Shown piece after piece: positions 49,650 through 62,026 of a DNA stretch of 64,000 bases. The notes below the pieces were generated by a model, which saw nothing but the letters and a program-made list of their open reading frames with translations, was not told where the DNA came from and did no database searches. The translations under genes and the position numbers were made by a program. The DNA lies in NCBI RefSeq assembly GCF_018350175.1, contig NC_058369.1, forward strand, positions 18,602,001 through 18,666,000, given 5' to 3'. This DNA is from Felis catus (taxonomy: Eukaryota). The stretch's first letter is position 1. Each line of letters begins with the position of its first letter.

Positions 49650-49800
49650 CTTCACCCTCACAATCCCTGTGTGAGAGGCTAATATTATCATGACTTTGCA
49701 GGCTAGGAAATGGAAGGTTGGCAAGCCTAAGTTAGTTGTCTAAGTCCTACCTGGGAGGTGGCAGAGCTGAGATGAGGATTCTTGGGGAGCCTAGATGTGC
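49650..49800. mobile_element. MIR fragment
   Basis: MIR core-like aatccctgtg...attatcatgactttgcagg...ggtggcagagctgagatg. Similar weak MIR remnants at ~40-160, 33380-33470, 43310-43380 and 59990-60130. Confidence 0.5.
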
Positions 49801-51238
49801 ACACATAGTCATCAGACACTCATAAAGATGAATCAACCCAGGAGGAAACACAGTAAGGGCCATGATAACACAGGCAGAGAGGTCCTCATCATTCCAGGCA
49901 GTCAGCGTCAGGCAGTTGGGGAGTCCAGGCTTCATGGAAGTTCCATCCTAAGGCCTGGGAAGAGCAACTAAGAGTGCATGGGGAAGGTCTGGCCAAGGTC
50001 TGTCCATCTGCCTGGCTATCAGTGTTCACTGGGATCCTCAGATTACTCCAGGTGAGGTTAGAACTGCTGATATCCCATGTGACATATTCCTCACCATTAG
50101 GAGAATTAAATGGGTTCTTCTACACAGTCATGATTTATGGAGCCAGGAATAGTTTGGAATTTAGTCTGCATCTTCTAGGAAATATTCACCCTTGGGAAAG
50201 CAAAGGTTTGTGTGAGAAGCTATGAGGCAGAGCATCCTGAGTAGCATGCAAATACTGAAATCTGTAAAAGTGAGGTAACAGAAAAGTAATATGGTGAGCT
50301 CTCAGGTTAATGCAGAAGCAGACTGCAGCCTCTCATCTAGACAGTCTCGGGAGCCACAGCTCAAGGCCTCTGAGAAATATCAATTCCTCTTTCCCATCCT
50401 CAAGGTCACTGTCCCAGGGCCTACCGAGGAGGCCTTCCATCTGGCTTTAGGCCAGTCCTGACACACCCTCCACCTTTCCCAGAGATACTTCCTGAGACTC
50501 CTGTCCCATGGGACCAGGCCCTCAGCTTGAATTCCAAATAGTTCCCATCGCCATCTGGATAAAGTCTCCACTCCCCCAGCTGGCCTTTGGGACCCTCACC
50601 ATCCGGCTCCATCGCCGACCATCCTGTCTCCGTCCTTCCATGACCTCTGAACATCCTCGTTCACTTGTCTAACTCCTAAACATTCTCTGAGGCCACACTC
50701 TGTGGCCCGTCTCTGAGGCCTGTCCCCACGAAGCCGGCTGGCTGGCTGGTAAACGAGGTTACCCAAAGGAGAGCCTCTACTTCCAAGTTTCCCGGGACAG
50801 GAAGTGCCCCTGGCACGAGGGCAGGGCACGGCGTGACGCCCTCAGGGCCGCTTCTTGTGGCAGGTGCCCCTCCATCCTGGCTCAGTGTGGGACGCTACCG
50901 CCAACCCCCGCTAGGCTCCAGGTAGCACACGCTGGCTGTGTCGGCTTCGGAGGGCGCATGCGCTGGCGCGGTGGCTGTTTCCCGGCGACCCCGCCGCCGG
51001 CTTGTGGACACGCGTCCTCGCAGCCTGGCTGGGTGGCGCGCGCGCCCTCGGGAGGCGGGGGGTTGGGGGGAGGCGTGTGCAGGGAAGGGGAGCGCGGGCC
51101 GCGCATGCGCATGCGCAGCGGCAAGCGGCGGCGCGAGCCGAGCTGGGAGATGGCGGCGGCGGCGGCGCCGAGCGTGTGAGCAGCCGCCCGGGAGCCGCCG
51201 GCCCGGGCCCAGCACGACCCCGACCCCGCCCGCCCGCC

Positions 51239-51486
51239 ATGGGCAACGAGGCCAGCCTGGAGGGCGGCGCTGGCGACGGGCCACTGCCGCCCGGAGGCCC
51301 GGGCCCTGGCCCCGGCCCCGGCCCCGGCCCCGGCCCCGGCCCCGGCCCCGGCGCAGGGAAGCCGCCTTCAGCACCTGCTGGCGGCGGACAGCTCCCCGCC
51401 GCTGGTGCGGCGAGGGCGACCGCAGGACCACCGGGCCCAAGTCCTGGCCCAGGCCCCGGCCCGGGCCCTGGCCCAGGTCCCGGAAG
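51239..51486 (+). CDS. BSN: Bassoon presynaptic cytomatrix protein, coding part of exon 1
   Basis: Kozak gccATGG; MGNEASLEGGAGDGPLPPGG(PG)9AGKPPSAPAGGGQLPAAGAAR... matches the Bassoon N-terminus with its MGxxxS myristoylation motif. Donor AG|GTAAGC after 51486 (phase 2). DAG1-BSN adjacency is the known mammalian synteny. Confidence 0.95.
51308..51352 (+). repeat. (GGCCCC)7 hexanucleotide repeat encoding poly-Pro-Gly
   Basis: Read directly from the sequence; the reverse complement is (GGGGCC)n. Confidence 0.95.
51367..51395 (+). promoter_or_regulatory. Non-canonical (split) REST/NRSF RE1 site in BSN exon 1
   Basis: TTCAGCACC + 10-nt spacer + GGACAGCTCC; both RE1 half-sites are near consensus. 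Confidence 0.6.
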
Positions 51487-54105
51487 GTAAGCGCGCGTCG
51501 CGGCGCCCGGAGTGGTAGTGGTGGTGGTGGTGGTGGGGGGGGGGGTAGCTGCAGCTTGAGTTCGGGGCCGGAGCCCGCGACCCCTCGATATAGTCTGGAC
51601 AGCGAGGTTCGGACGTCCGGCCACACTTTGAACCCAGTCAGATTGTTGTGAGTCTGGTGGTCGCGGGAAGTGGCCCTCCTTTTCAATCCGCCCTGCCTTG
51701 GTAAGGCAGGATGGTGAGTGAGCGCAGGGTCAGTCGGGGCCTGCAGACCATGACTCCGTCACGAACCCCAAATTTGCTTCCCCCCAACGCTGGGCTCAGG
51801 AGGGGCTTATGTAACCTCAGCCTAGTCCCTCTGCACTTGCGAGCAGTGGGATGGAAAACGTCCTCCTTGTCTGCTGGTGTCTGCATGTGTCCATTGTGTT
51901 GGGCCAAGGAAAGAGCACAATGGGAGTGGCTGTCAGGGAAGATAAGTGTCACTGCGAGAAACAGAGAGATAAGGAAATAGTTGAACCATGAACTTGGTCA
52001 TGCGCTTTTCTCAGGCATTTAGTCACCATAATCACCTTTGGAGGAAGGAAAAATGCCACCAGACACCAAAAAGTACTTATTTAGGCTCAAAATACAAACA
52101 GGGTCATGTGCTTTCACCAAGGTTTAGTGAAACACTCTGGGGTGAGGCAAAAATGCTATTGAATCATCTATCACCAAATATGTTCCTGTTGCCTTATGAT
52201 TTCCATTACCACCTCAAAACCAGGGAAAAACAGAAACCCACATAGAATGCTTTCAACAGAACATATCTGATCAAATACTGTGAAACCAGCTTGTTTAAAA
52301 TGTATGCCAACTGAAGTCCTACAAAAACACTCAAGTGGTAGTGAATGCAGTGGAAGGGAATGCCAATATATGATAGATTGATTAGTAGACTGAAAACTCA
52401 GGAAAGATACAAAGAGACAACAGGATAAAATGGAAGGCATTATCTTTCCACCAAATGGGACTAGGGAGTAGAAAAACCTGGGGTAGGGGGTGGGGGGTGC
52501 CGTGCTTCTGGCTCCATGAGAGTCTGCTGATAATTTTGCCTTGGCTTTTCTGTGTGGGAACACATAAACTGTGAGGGAGCATAATTTTTGATTCTTTGGC
52601 TGCCCAGCTGTGCCTCTCATGTGTTTATTTCCTCAGAAGTCATTTCTTAGACAACTAATCGTAATGAAAGGCTCTTAATAGCCTGAAACCTGACACAGAC
52701 AGGCCAGCCTGTGAGCACCCCCTTTAAAGGGGAAATTTGCCCATTTTACATTAGCTATTACAGTAATGCAGTTGGTTAGCATACAGTTCTTAGCACTGCA
52801 AATACTGTCCATTTTGCTGCGTGTTGAGCTGCTTGTTTGAGTTTTAGCTTGAGGGAGCCTCACCCAGGCTATAGAGCTCTCTGTCCAAGGGAAGGCGTCT
52901 CCAGATGAATGGAAAAACACCTTGTTATTGGTAGTTCTCTGTATGGGGGATTTGACGTTTCTCTTCTGGTAACCAAACAGGATGCTCTGTTTATAGTTTA
53001 TCTGATGTTGCAGAGCCAAGCATATGAGATTTTGGAAAGATCTGGGCAGCTCAGAAGGACAGGAAGGAGGCCGGTGTCTACTCCTCTAATTCCTTTCATT
53101 TTCTACCCCATCTGTGCATTCTGGGGAACCATGGGCTCCTGCTCCATTTAGCAGTCACATAATATTGCTCCTGGCTGTGGGCAAGGTTCACCCATGGGCC
53201 TGTGGTGCTAAGGTCCTATGGCTGTCAAGCTCAGGGCAAGCTGGCTACTTGTCACCAAAGCTCAGGTGACCAAAGCCCCTTAGGAGACAGGATATATTGC
53301 TCCAGCTGATATTCAGCTTGTTACAGAATCTGAGATGAGTGGCGCCTCCATGGTATGTCTCTCCTTCAGCATTAGAATGGCTTCTACTTCTCACTAGAGC
53401 ATCTCAGGTACCTGATGCCAAATTTAGCATGTTCTGTTCAGAGATGCTGATGAATAGATTGGCCCATTGATGAAGAAAAAGCCCCGTGGCATAGGCTTTT
53501 GGGCATTCAGGAAAGAGCAGCGGCACAGTTTCAAGCAAGCTTGTGAATTTGAGGGGTGGAAAGCTTCAGAGAGGTAGGTGGAGGGTCACATAAGGGGGAA
53601 ATCATTTTGCTAACCCCACAGGGGAATGGAACTGAGGTTCTGGGGGAGTTGATTCCTGGCTCTTTCCTGTTGCGTTATCACCCCTTACTACCCCAGAATT
53701 AGTCTTTTCATCCTCATACTGAGCTGACTTGGGCGCTGTGAGGGCACAGTTCCACCAATTATGATGGAAGAGCCTGACTTGAATGCTGTAAGTAGCAGCA
53801 CCACCACACCCACAGTGCTGCCTCTTAGCCCATTTCGATGATATGGCATTTTGGGCATCGGATAGTTCCTCAAGGCCAGGGGCTCTCTGTTTCTGGTCTC
53901 AGGGTCACATGTACAGTTATATAGCTTGTGCCTTTCTCAAGAAGTGCCAAATCAGGGAAGGCTGAATTCTGTCTCAAACTCTACTCTCTGAGCTGTATGC
54001 CCTGGTGTGGGCTGCATCCTCCTAGAGAAAAAGACACTTATCACTCATTCATTCATTCACTTATTTTTATGCCTGTTGTACAGTGAAGTGCTCAGATTGA
54101 TAGGA

Positions 54106-54109
<4 letters not shown>

Positions 54110-54150
<41 letters not shown>
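54110..54150 (+). repeat. (TA)n microsatellite
   Basis: Read directly from the sequence. Confidence 0.95.
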
Positions 54151-54153
<3 letters not shown>

Positions 54154-54214
54154 CCATGACACCACCAGTTCAAGATGAAACTTTATCAATACCCCCAGAA
54201 AGCATCTTTTATTT

Positions 54215-54437
54215 TTTTATTTAAAAAAAATTTTTTTTAACGTTTATTTATTTTTGAGAGAGAGAGACAGAGCATGAATGGGGGAGGGTCAGAGAGAGGG
54301 AGACACAGAATCTGAAACAGGCTCCAGGCTCTGAGCTGTCAGCACAGAGCCTGACGCGGGACTCGAACTCATGGACTGCGAGATCATGACCTGAGCCGAA
54401 GTCGGCCGCTTAACTGACCGAGCCACCCAGGCGCCCC
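54215..54437 (-). mobile_element. Can-SINE (SINEC_Fc-type)
   Basis: Full body; TSD agaaagcatcttt. Confidence 0.92.
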
Positions 54438-55889
54438 CAGAAAGCATCTTTTAAAAAAATTGCACAAAGGAGCCACATAAACCAGTGGCAACCTGTGTAA
54501 TCTATACCAGCCCTGTGGACTTTACATGTTCTGACATTTGCAAATTGATCTTCACTCAATACAGCCAAGGTGTATTTACTAGTATCAAGAGCAAGCACTG
54601 TTCTGGGCTTTGTGGAGGGTCTGGAAGGATATATGATGCTCCCCTGTCCTCTAGCACCTCACAGTCTGGTTGGTCAGACAGCTCTCGAAGAGCCAAATCA
54701 TGGAGTCTCAGTCTGAGCAGCTCAGACTGAGAAGGCTCGGTGTCCGAGCAGCTCAGTGTCTGAGAAATGCCAAATAGACAGTGTTTATAGAAGGGTTGTC
54801 AGGTGAGAAGAGTGGAGAGGCAGAGCCAAGTCTCAAAGGAGAAATCTAAGGCATGCTGGAAAAATGGTGGGGTTATGAGAGATGGAGAGAAGGAGACAGC
54901 ACGAGGAGTGTGGTCTACATTGGCTGGAACAGTGAGAATGCGGCCAAGGGCAGGAGTGTGGAGGAGACCTGGGGTAAGGCAGGTGAGGCCCTTTTCTCTC
55001 ATTACCCGTCAAAATCCATGATCAATGCCCAGGTTGCCTCTCACTCACTTCCAGCTCAAATATTGTAGAGACATCTTTAGTCAAATGCAGCTGGCACACA
55101 GAACTTGCCCGTGGGCTGGAAGGTGAGTGAGGCTACTCTGAGAACCACATCCTGAATTCCTTTCTCAAAATGGGTTTGTCATAATTCTATCTCAATAAGA
55201 AAATAAAAATAAAAAGTTTGTCAGGTACAGTATATCTGGTCTGGGATTAACCAGACTTGTTATACTATATCAGCTAACAGTGAGTCTCTAGTAAAATCTG
55301 GGACTAATTTGTAAGGATGAAATGAAAGGATATAATTGCCAGGTTTAGAAATAATGGCCCTTTGTCATTTAGAGATCACCTTTGACCCCAGGGCTGGATT
55401 CTCATGGAGGCATGCCATGGAGATTATACTAAAGTGACCTAACATCTGAATGGTGATGATGTCAAAATTTCACCCAAAGGGGCAACCATTTTTCATCTTT
55501 TGCCAGGCAGAAAGGAGCAGCTTTGAAAATATAGCTTTTCCCAGCATTAGTAAGACCAATAAATTGCTGCTAAAAAAAAAAAAAATTGGGGGAAGAAAGG
55601 CCATCTGTTTTCTTTTTAACTTTTTATTATGGAAAATTTCAAATCTACATAAAAGTTGAGAGAATAAGCTAATGAACTCTCATGTTCCCGTTGCCCAGCC
55701 ACAGTTATCACCAACTCATGGCTAGTCAAGTTTGTATCTTCTTCACCTGCCATCCCCCATGGAGGCCATTTCCAGACATCTTAATGTTTCATCTTCTATG
55801 TTTCAGTGTCTATTTCTAAGAAATAAGGGCTTTGTGTGAACATTACCACAACACCATGATTGCATCCAAACAGGGTAACAATTTCTTCT

Positions 55890-55934
55890 TTTTTTGAATT
55901 TTAATATTTTTTAAATTTTTTAAAGTTTACTTAT

Positions 55935-55975
<41 letters not shown>

Positions 55976-57051
55976 CCCCAGCAGGCTCTGCACTGTTAGC
56001 ACAAAGCCTGACATGGGGCCTGAACCCACGAATCATGAGCTCTTGACTCAAGTCAAAGTCAAGAGTCAGGCACTTAACCGACTAAGCCACCCAGGCGCCC
56101 CTGAATTTTAATTTTTTTAAAGTAATCTCTGCACCCTTTGTGGGGCTTTAACTCATGACCCCCAGATCAAGAGATATATGCTTTACCAACTGAGCCAGTC
56201 AGATGCCCAATAACAGTCCCTTCTTAATCTCAGCAAATATCCAGTCAGGGTTCAGGTTTTCTGATTATCTTATGAATTTATTTTTCCAGTTGGTTTGTTT
56301 GAATTGTGATCTAAATAGGGTCTACACATTGCATTTGTTTGATACATTTCTTGAGTTTCTTTAAATCTGTAGATGCCATTTTCTTTTTTCCCCCTTGCAG
56401 TTTATGATTGGAGAACTGTCATTTGTCCTCTGTTTCTCACATTCTGGGTTATGCTGATTGTGTCTCTGTGGTGTCATTTGAGATATTCCTCTGTCCCATA
56501 TTTTTACTGTAAACTGGGATTGTATCTAGAAGCCATTCAGATTCTAATTTCATTCTTTTGGCCAAGAAATTCTAGCTTTTTAATTTTATTTTTACTTAAT
56601 TTTATTTTATTTGAGAAAGAGAGGGAGAGAGAGGGAGAGAGGGAGAGAGAGACAGCACAAGTCAGGGAGAGGGGCATAGGAAGAGGAAGAGAGTATCTTA
56701 AGCAGGCTCCATGCTCAGCTCTGAGCCTGATGCACGGCTCAGTCCCTCAATCCTGGGATCATGACCTGAGCTGAAATCAAGAGTCATATGTTCAACTGAC
56801 TGAGCCTCCCAGGCATCAAGAAATTCTAGCTTTCAAAAAAAATTTTTTTAACGTTTTTTATTTGTTTTTGAGAGACAGAGACAGAGTGTGAGCAGGGGAG
56901 GGGCAGAGAGAGATGGAGACAGAATCTGAAGCAGGCTCCAGGCTCTGAGCTGTCAGCACAGAGCCCAACGTGGGGCTTGAACCCACAAACCATCAGATCA
57001 TGACCTGAGTTGAAGTTGGACACTTAACTTACTGAGCCACCCAGGTGCCCC
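55890..57051 (-). mobile_element. Four antisense Can-SINEs (55890-56102, 56110-56208, 56590-56815, 56835-57051) within old L1M-like sequence
   Basis: SINEC bodies; the target aagaaattctagcttt is repeated. Confidence 0.82.
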
Positions 57052-58797
57052 TAGCTTTTTAAAAAAGAGTTTGTTGAGGTCTTTAGACATGAAGGGTCTA
57101 GAGCCAGACCTTGGACTAGTTTGGGAGCCAAAGAATGATGCAATGGGTCACTTTTCTGTTCTTTTTTTCTAAAGTTCTCCTTTCTCTTAGTAAGTTTGGT
57201 TCTGAGTTTAAGAAGGCAAAGCTTTCAGAGCCTGTGGGTCATGCCTTTACACCCAGCTATGGGGAGCCCTCACTGTATATTTAAGTAGTAGGTTGCTAGG
57301 ATATAGGGTTTGGGGCTTCAATAAACCCTCTCTCTTCTCAGAGGTCCTGCATGTCTCAATAGTGCCCTTTGTTCCCATTAGTGATGGAAGTGGGGAGAGA
57401 CAGGCCCTTCCATTGTGGGCTATTTGAGGGGAAATCTGTTCCTGGAAGCTGTAGCCCATGTGCAGCAGGCTGGGGCTGACTGGGGAGGTAGGCTGACAAA
57501 ACTGTCACAACGGTTATAACTACTCGTACTGGATGTCTGCTTCACCATGGCCATTCTGCTCAGTGTTTTGCACACACCTGTTCCTCACTCCACTTGCCTG
57601 GCCATTCAGCTCCTGTAGGCCCCGTCTGTCCAAGTCTTACTCATCCTTCCTGCCTGGGGACTTACTTTTTACAATGGTGAAAAGGTAGCTGAGACCTGCA
57701 TGCCTACAGCAAGGGCCAAGTGTCACTTTAGGACTTGAGGCCCTCCTGGTGAGCTGGAACAGTCTAGCCATGTGGGGACTCCTGCCTGGGCCTCTCAGTT
57801 GGTGCCAGGGGTATGTCACACTGGCATTGATATTTCATTGCTTGCTTAGGCTCCTTTCCAGCCTTGAGGACCCTCTCCTTCTCCAGTCACCAGCGTAGTG
57901 GTGGAAGCTGGTCATAGCTGGGGAATGACTTGGAACCATGGCCTCTGGGGTTGCACCTGTGGTAGGGTAGATGGAATTCTGGTGTCCCACTCTCTGTGGT
58001 TCCCTTCCTACAGATGGGGCCTCTGGTGGGTGTCTCTTGCCCCGTGGCATGCCCTCAGCTCATAAGTCATATACATTAGGTTCTGGTCGTCTGTTCCTGT
58101 GGGATGGAATTGGTAAGCATGCACCCTGATTCATCTGTGCTGTACTTTGAGCTCCAGGCTGGTCACAGCCCTGCTCTGATCTCCCCATCTGTTCTTTGCT
58201 CTTATGGGCATCTAGGCTTCTTAAGAGAGCTTTGCTTTAGAAGAGACCCCTTACCTGGTACCCCCACTTCTTTCTAGCAAGAAAGTCACATGGAGGCATA
58301 TTAGGAGCCTCTAGAGAACTCTAGGTCACCCTGGGATCAAATCCAGAACTGTTTGGGCAGGCTGGCTGCCCCTGAAGTGTGTGGGGCTGCTGTTAGGGCC
58401 CAAGGTGAATTTTCCCTGAGGGGAAGTAGAAAGGTTAGCTTCTGGGTCTTGGCCCCAACCATTGAGGAGATCAAAAGCCTCAGCAGCATCTCAGACAAGG
58501 ATCACCCAGAGGTGATTTCCAGGACCCAGTCCAGTGGACTGCCCCTGGACCCAGAGTTGCTCTCCAGTGCCATTGGCTCAGGGAGGGAGCTATCCTTTCC
58601 CAGGATGCTGGAAGAATCAGTAAGGCATTTGGGTGCTTTGGAAGAAAAGGGGGTAAGGAAATTCCCTGATAGTCACACCTGTAAATTTGACACATTTGTA
58701 ATGTATTAGGTAGGTAATATGGGTTGTCTGCCTTTTTTGTATATGGGGGTAGTTGTGAGAGTTTCTACAATTAAGTTCTACTTAGCAATAGGAGGAT

Positions 58798-58798
58798 T

Positions 58799-58841
<43 letters not shown>

Positions 58842-59392
58842 TTTTCAGAGAGAGAGGGAGCAAGTGCAAGCAGGGAAGAGGCAGAGGGGGAGGGAGAGAG
58901 AGACTCTTAAGCAGGCTCCACACTCAGTGAGAAGGTGGACGCAGGGCTCGATCTCATGACCGGGAGATCATGACCTGAGTGGAAATCAAGAGTTGGACGC
59001 TTAACCAACTGAGCCACCCAGGGACACCAGTAATAGGAGGATTTTAAAGTGAAAAATGTGGGGTGCCTGGGTGGCTCAGTCAGTTAAGTGTCCGACTTTG
59101 GCTTATGTCACAATCTCGCGGTTTGTGAGTTCAAGCCCCATGTCGGGCTCTGTGCTGACAGCTCAGAACCTGGAGCCTGCTTTGGATTCTGTGTCTCCCT
59201 CTCTCTCTGTCCCTCCCCCACTCATGCTCTGTCTCTCTCTCTCAAAAATAAATAAATAAACATTTAAAAATTTAACAAAAATAAAGTGAAAAAAATATTT
59301 TAAAGGAGACTTCACACCCGACATGGGGCTTGAACTCACGACCCTGAGATTAATAGTCTCATGTTCTACCAACTGAGCCAGCCAGGCCCCCC
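58798..59392. mobile_element. Three Can-SINEs (58798-59027 -, 59079-59270 +, 59290-59392 -)
   Basis: SINEC bodies; the first has TSD aataggaggatttta and an (ATTT)n tail. Confidence 0.85.
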
Positions 59393-59404
59393 TTACAGTG
59401 AAAT

Positions 59405-59530
59405 TTTATCCATGTATTCAGGAAACTGTTCGCTGAATACCTACTAGATGCTTAGCCCTGGGTGAAATGTGAGGAACAAAGGAAGGAGCACGAAATGGGC
59501 TGTACCCTCAAGGAGCTTCCAATCTGGTGG
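59405..59530 (-). mobile_element. L2 fragment
   Basis: catgtattca...ctgaatacctactagatgct...ccctcaaggagcttccaatctggtggga, typical of L2 3' ends. Confidence 0.55.
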
Positions 59531-61972
59531 GAGAGAAAGAGGCACTTGTTTCGATTTTTACCCTGAACTTCCTTAAATTAGAGTTTGCTCCTGCTTTTTC
59601 TTTGTCTCACAGAGGTAAGATAAATGAGCGCATGATTAGAAGGGGTTGGATTATTTCATATTCTAAAATAGTAGAGCATATATTTGTATGGTATTTTACA
59701 GCTTACAAAACACATTCACAACATTAACTTATTCTGTTGGGAACTCCAGAGGCCTAATATGAGAGATTTAGAAGAACAGCCAGCTAGCTGACTTTAGCAA
59801 ACTGAAATGCCATACACCAAGCACAGCTGGAGAACTGCATCACTTCCTTGCCTCCTGCTCCGAGAAGATGGAAAATTTAGCAAGAGGATGGGGAGGGCTT
59901 TGAGGATGAGAAGAGGATCAGGAAGTAGGACATTTGAACAAAGGACAGCATAGGGTGGGGTGGGGAATGAAGAATACTGGAAGCCTCCTGGGTAGGGGTC
60001 AGAAACTCAGGTTTTAATCAATCCTGACATTGCCCCAATCTGGCCGTACATATAGTAGGTCCTCACTATTTCTCATCTGTAAAAGGAGAGATTTAACTAG
60101 ATGTTCTCCAAGGTCCCCTCCATCTCTGACAGCTTATTTTTGTTAGATGAGTAAGAAGGAAGGGTGATGCTTCCTGCTGTTCCTCAGCCCCACTGTGGAG
60201 AGAAAATAGGTACATCATGCAGCCTTTAGGTTAATTAGAAGAGATTTAAATGAAGAGGTTGGCTCTTCCTCCATGCTCCAAAGATCTTTCAGGGTGGACA
60301 AGATGACCTCACAATCAAGCCTGGAGCCAGAAGAGGGACTGGCTGGTGCCTTGCACAGGAAGGGACTCTTGAAAAGCTACTCTTCCTTCTACTGGGTTGG
60401 CCGGCAAGTCAGCCAGGCTCCTACCGGGGCCTGCGGAGCCTGATGCAGGCTCCATGCTTCCAGCCGTGCATGGCCGCTTGCCTCCTGAGTGTTGTTCCAT
60501 CCATATCCCTCAGGTGCACTGGCACCTGGTTTGCCTCCTCCAGTGGGCAGTTGTATAGAGTCCTCCATTTGGAGGTGATGGACGTGGTGCTCTCTGCGGT
60601 TTCCCCTGCAGCTCTATAGGTTCTGTGGGCTCAGGCCAGGTCTCCACCAACATCAAGGTCTGACATATGAGGCCACTTCCTTCAGGAGCATGGTTTAGCT
60701 TCAGCGGGTGTTATGTTTGCTCTGCCCTCCTTTTATTTTGAGCATCTAATCCAACCTCTAGTGGATGCCAACATGTCTGCTTCCATGTTCTCTGAAGGCA
60801 GGAGCTCTGCCTTGGTGTGAACACCCAGTGATCAGTGGCCTCTGGTCCCTTCTAGGCAGATGACTCCATTGTTGGAAAGTTCTTTTGGTTTGTCTGAAAT
60901 GGGCTTCCTTACACCTCCTGTCTCTTGGCCTGGCCCTGCCCTCTGGCACAGCCAGCTTATCTGCTCGCAGATTTAGGAGGAGCTCACTATGCTCTCATCT
61001 TCTCAACTCTGAGGTTCTTCTCTATACTTGACTTCTCTAGCTCCTGTGCTGGGATGTGACTCTGGGACCCTTGCCGACCTGGGATGTGCTGCCCAAGGCT
61101 CTCAATATCTTGAAGACAGGGAGGTTCAGAGAACAGGACCCAGGGCTCAGTATGTCACATGGACTGAGTGACACCATCTGAAGGATGACTAGCCTTCACT
61201 TGCCAGCCTAAGAACACCATCATCCACCTTCCTGAGTGCTCTCTGGCACTACACCCCACACTTGGTCCAGCCTCATGCTGGGCATCTCAGCATGAAGGCT
61301 GGGTTCCCTCCATCTTGGGCTTGTGCAACCTGAGTGTGAATCTGTGGGGGCCTGCATGGGTCCCTGCTATGTCTTCTTTCACTGTACTTGGAGATCCCTT
61401 CCAACCTAGTGAGACTCTTTGGATCCTGACTCTGTCTCCTGAAATAAGGGTAATAACTAAGACAGTGTACTTGTTTTAGGAATGTTGCTGGGAGAACTTC
61501 TCCCCTTTTATGGCCCTGTGAGCCCACTTTCCAAATCCCTGTATCTAACTTTGAGTGGCCAGTGTTAAGCCCTCCAGGCCAAAACCTTGCCAGCTCTGGT
61601 TTGAGGTGGTGTCAGCTGAAGGTAGTGGTAGAGCTGGGTTGGACTGGAGAGGCAACCACCCCTTGCACTCTAGCCATGGAATCCTCTGTGTACTGCAGAA
61701 GAAACTCTTTTGCGGGCCTGTTCTTCTCTGGTCAGCCATGTCATTCTGGCCTCTTTTTGGGGTACATTGGCCTTTGGCTCTTTAGGGTAGATGTCCTTAG
61801 GAACAGTAAACACTCTGCAAATGAAAATTGTAAACACATGTAAAAGGAGAAAAGATGGTATGTATGGTGAACCTCTTCCTGTAAACCCATCACCCAACTT
61901 CAACCATGATCAGTGTTTTGCTATCTTGTTTCATCTATATTTCTCCAGCTTTCTTTTTTTAGACTGGATTAT

Positions 61973-61976
61973 TTTT

Positions 61977-62026
<50 letters not shown>

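Larger units (their letters stand above)
50790..51700 (+). promoter_or_regulatory. BSN: BSN CpG-island promoter / first exon
   Basis: Very GC- and CpG-rich. NRF1 palindromes GCGCATGCGC at 50954-50963 and tandem at 51101-51116, ETS CAGGAAGTG 50798-50806, CRE half-site ~50834, YY1-like AGATGGCGGC ~51148-51157. Confidence 0.9.

Noticed and set aside
50895..51686. 237-263 aa ORFs on both strands over the BSN CpG island
   Set aside because: Stop-poor GC-rich low-complexity sequence with non-ATG starts (e.g. TTG at 51686, GTG at 50938); only the MGNEAS frame matches a known protein.
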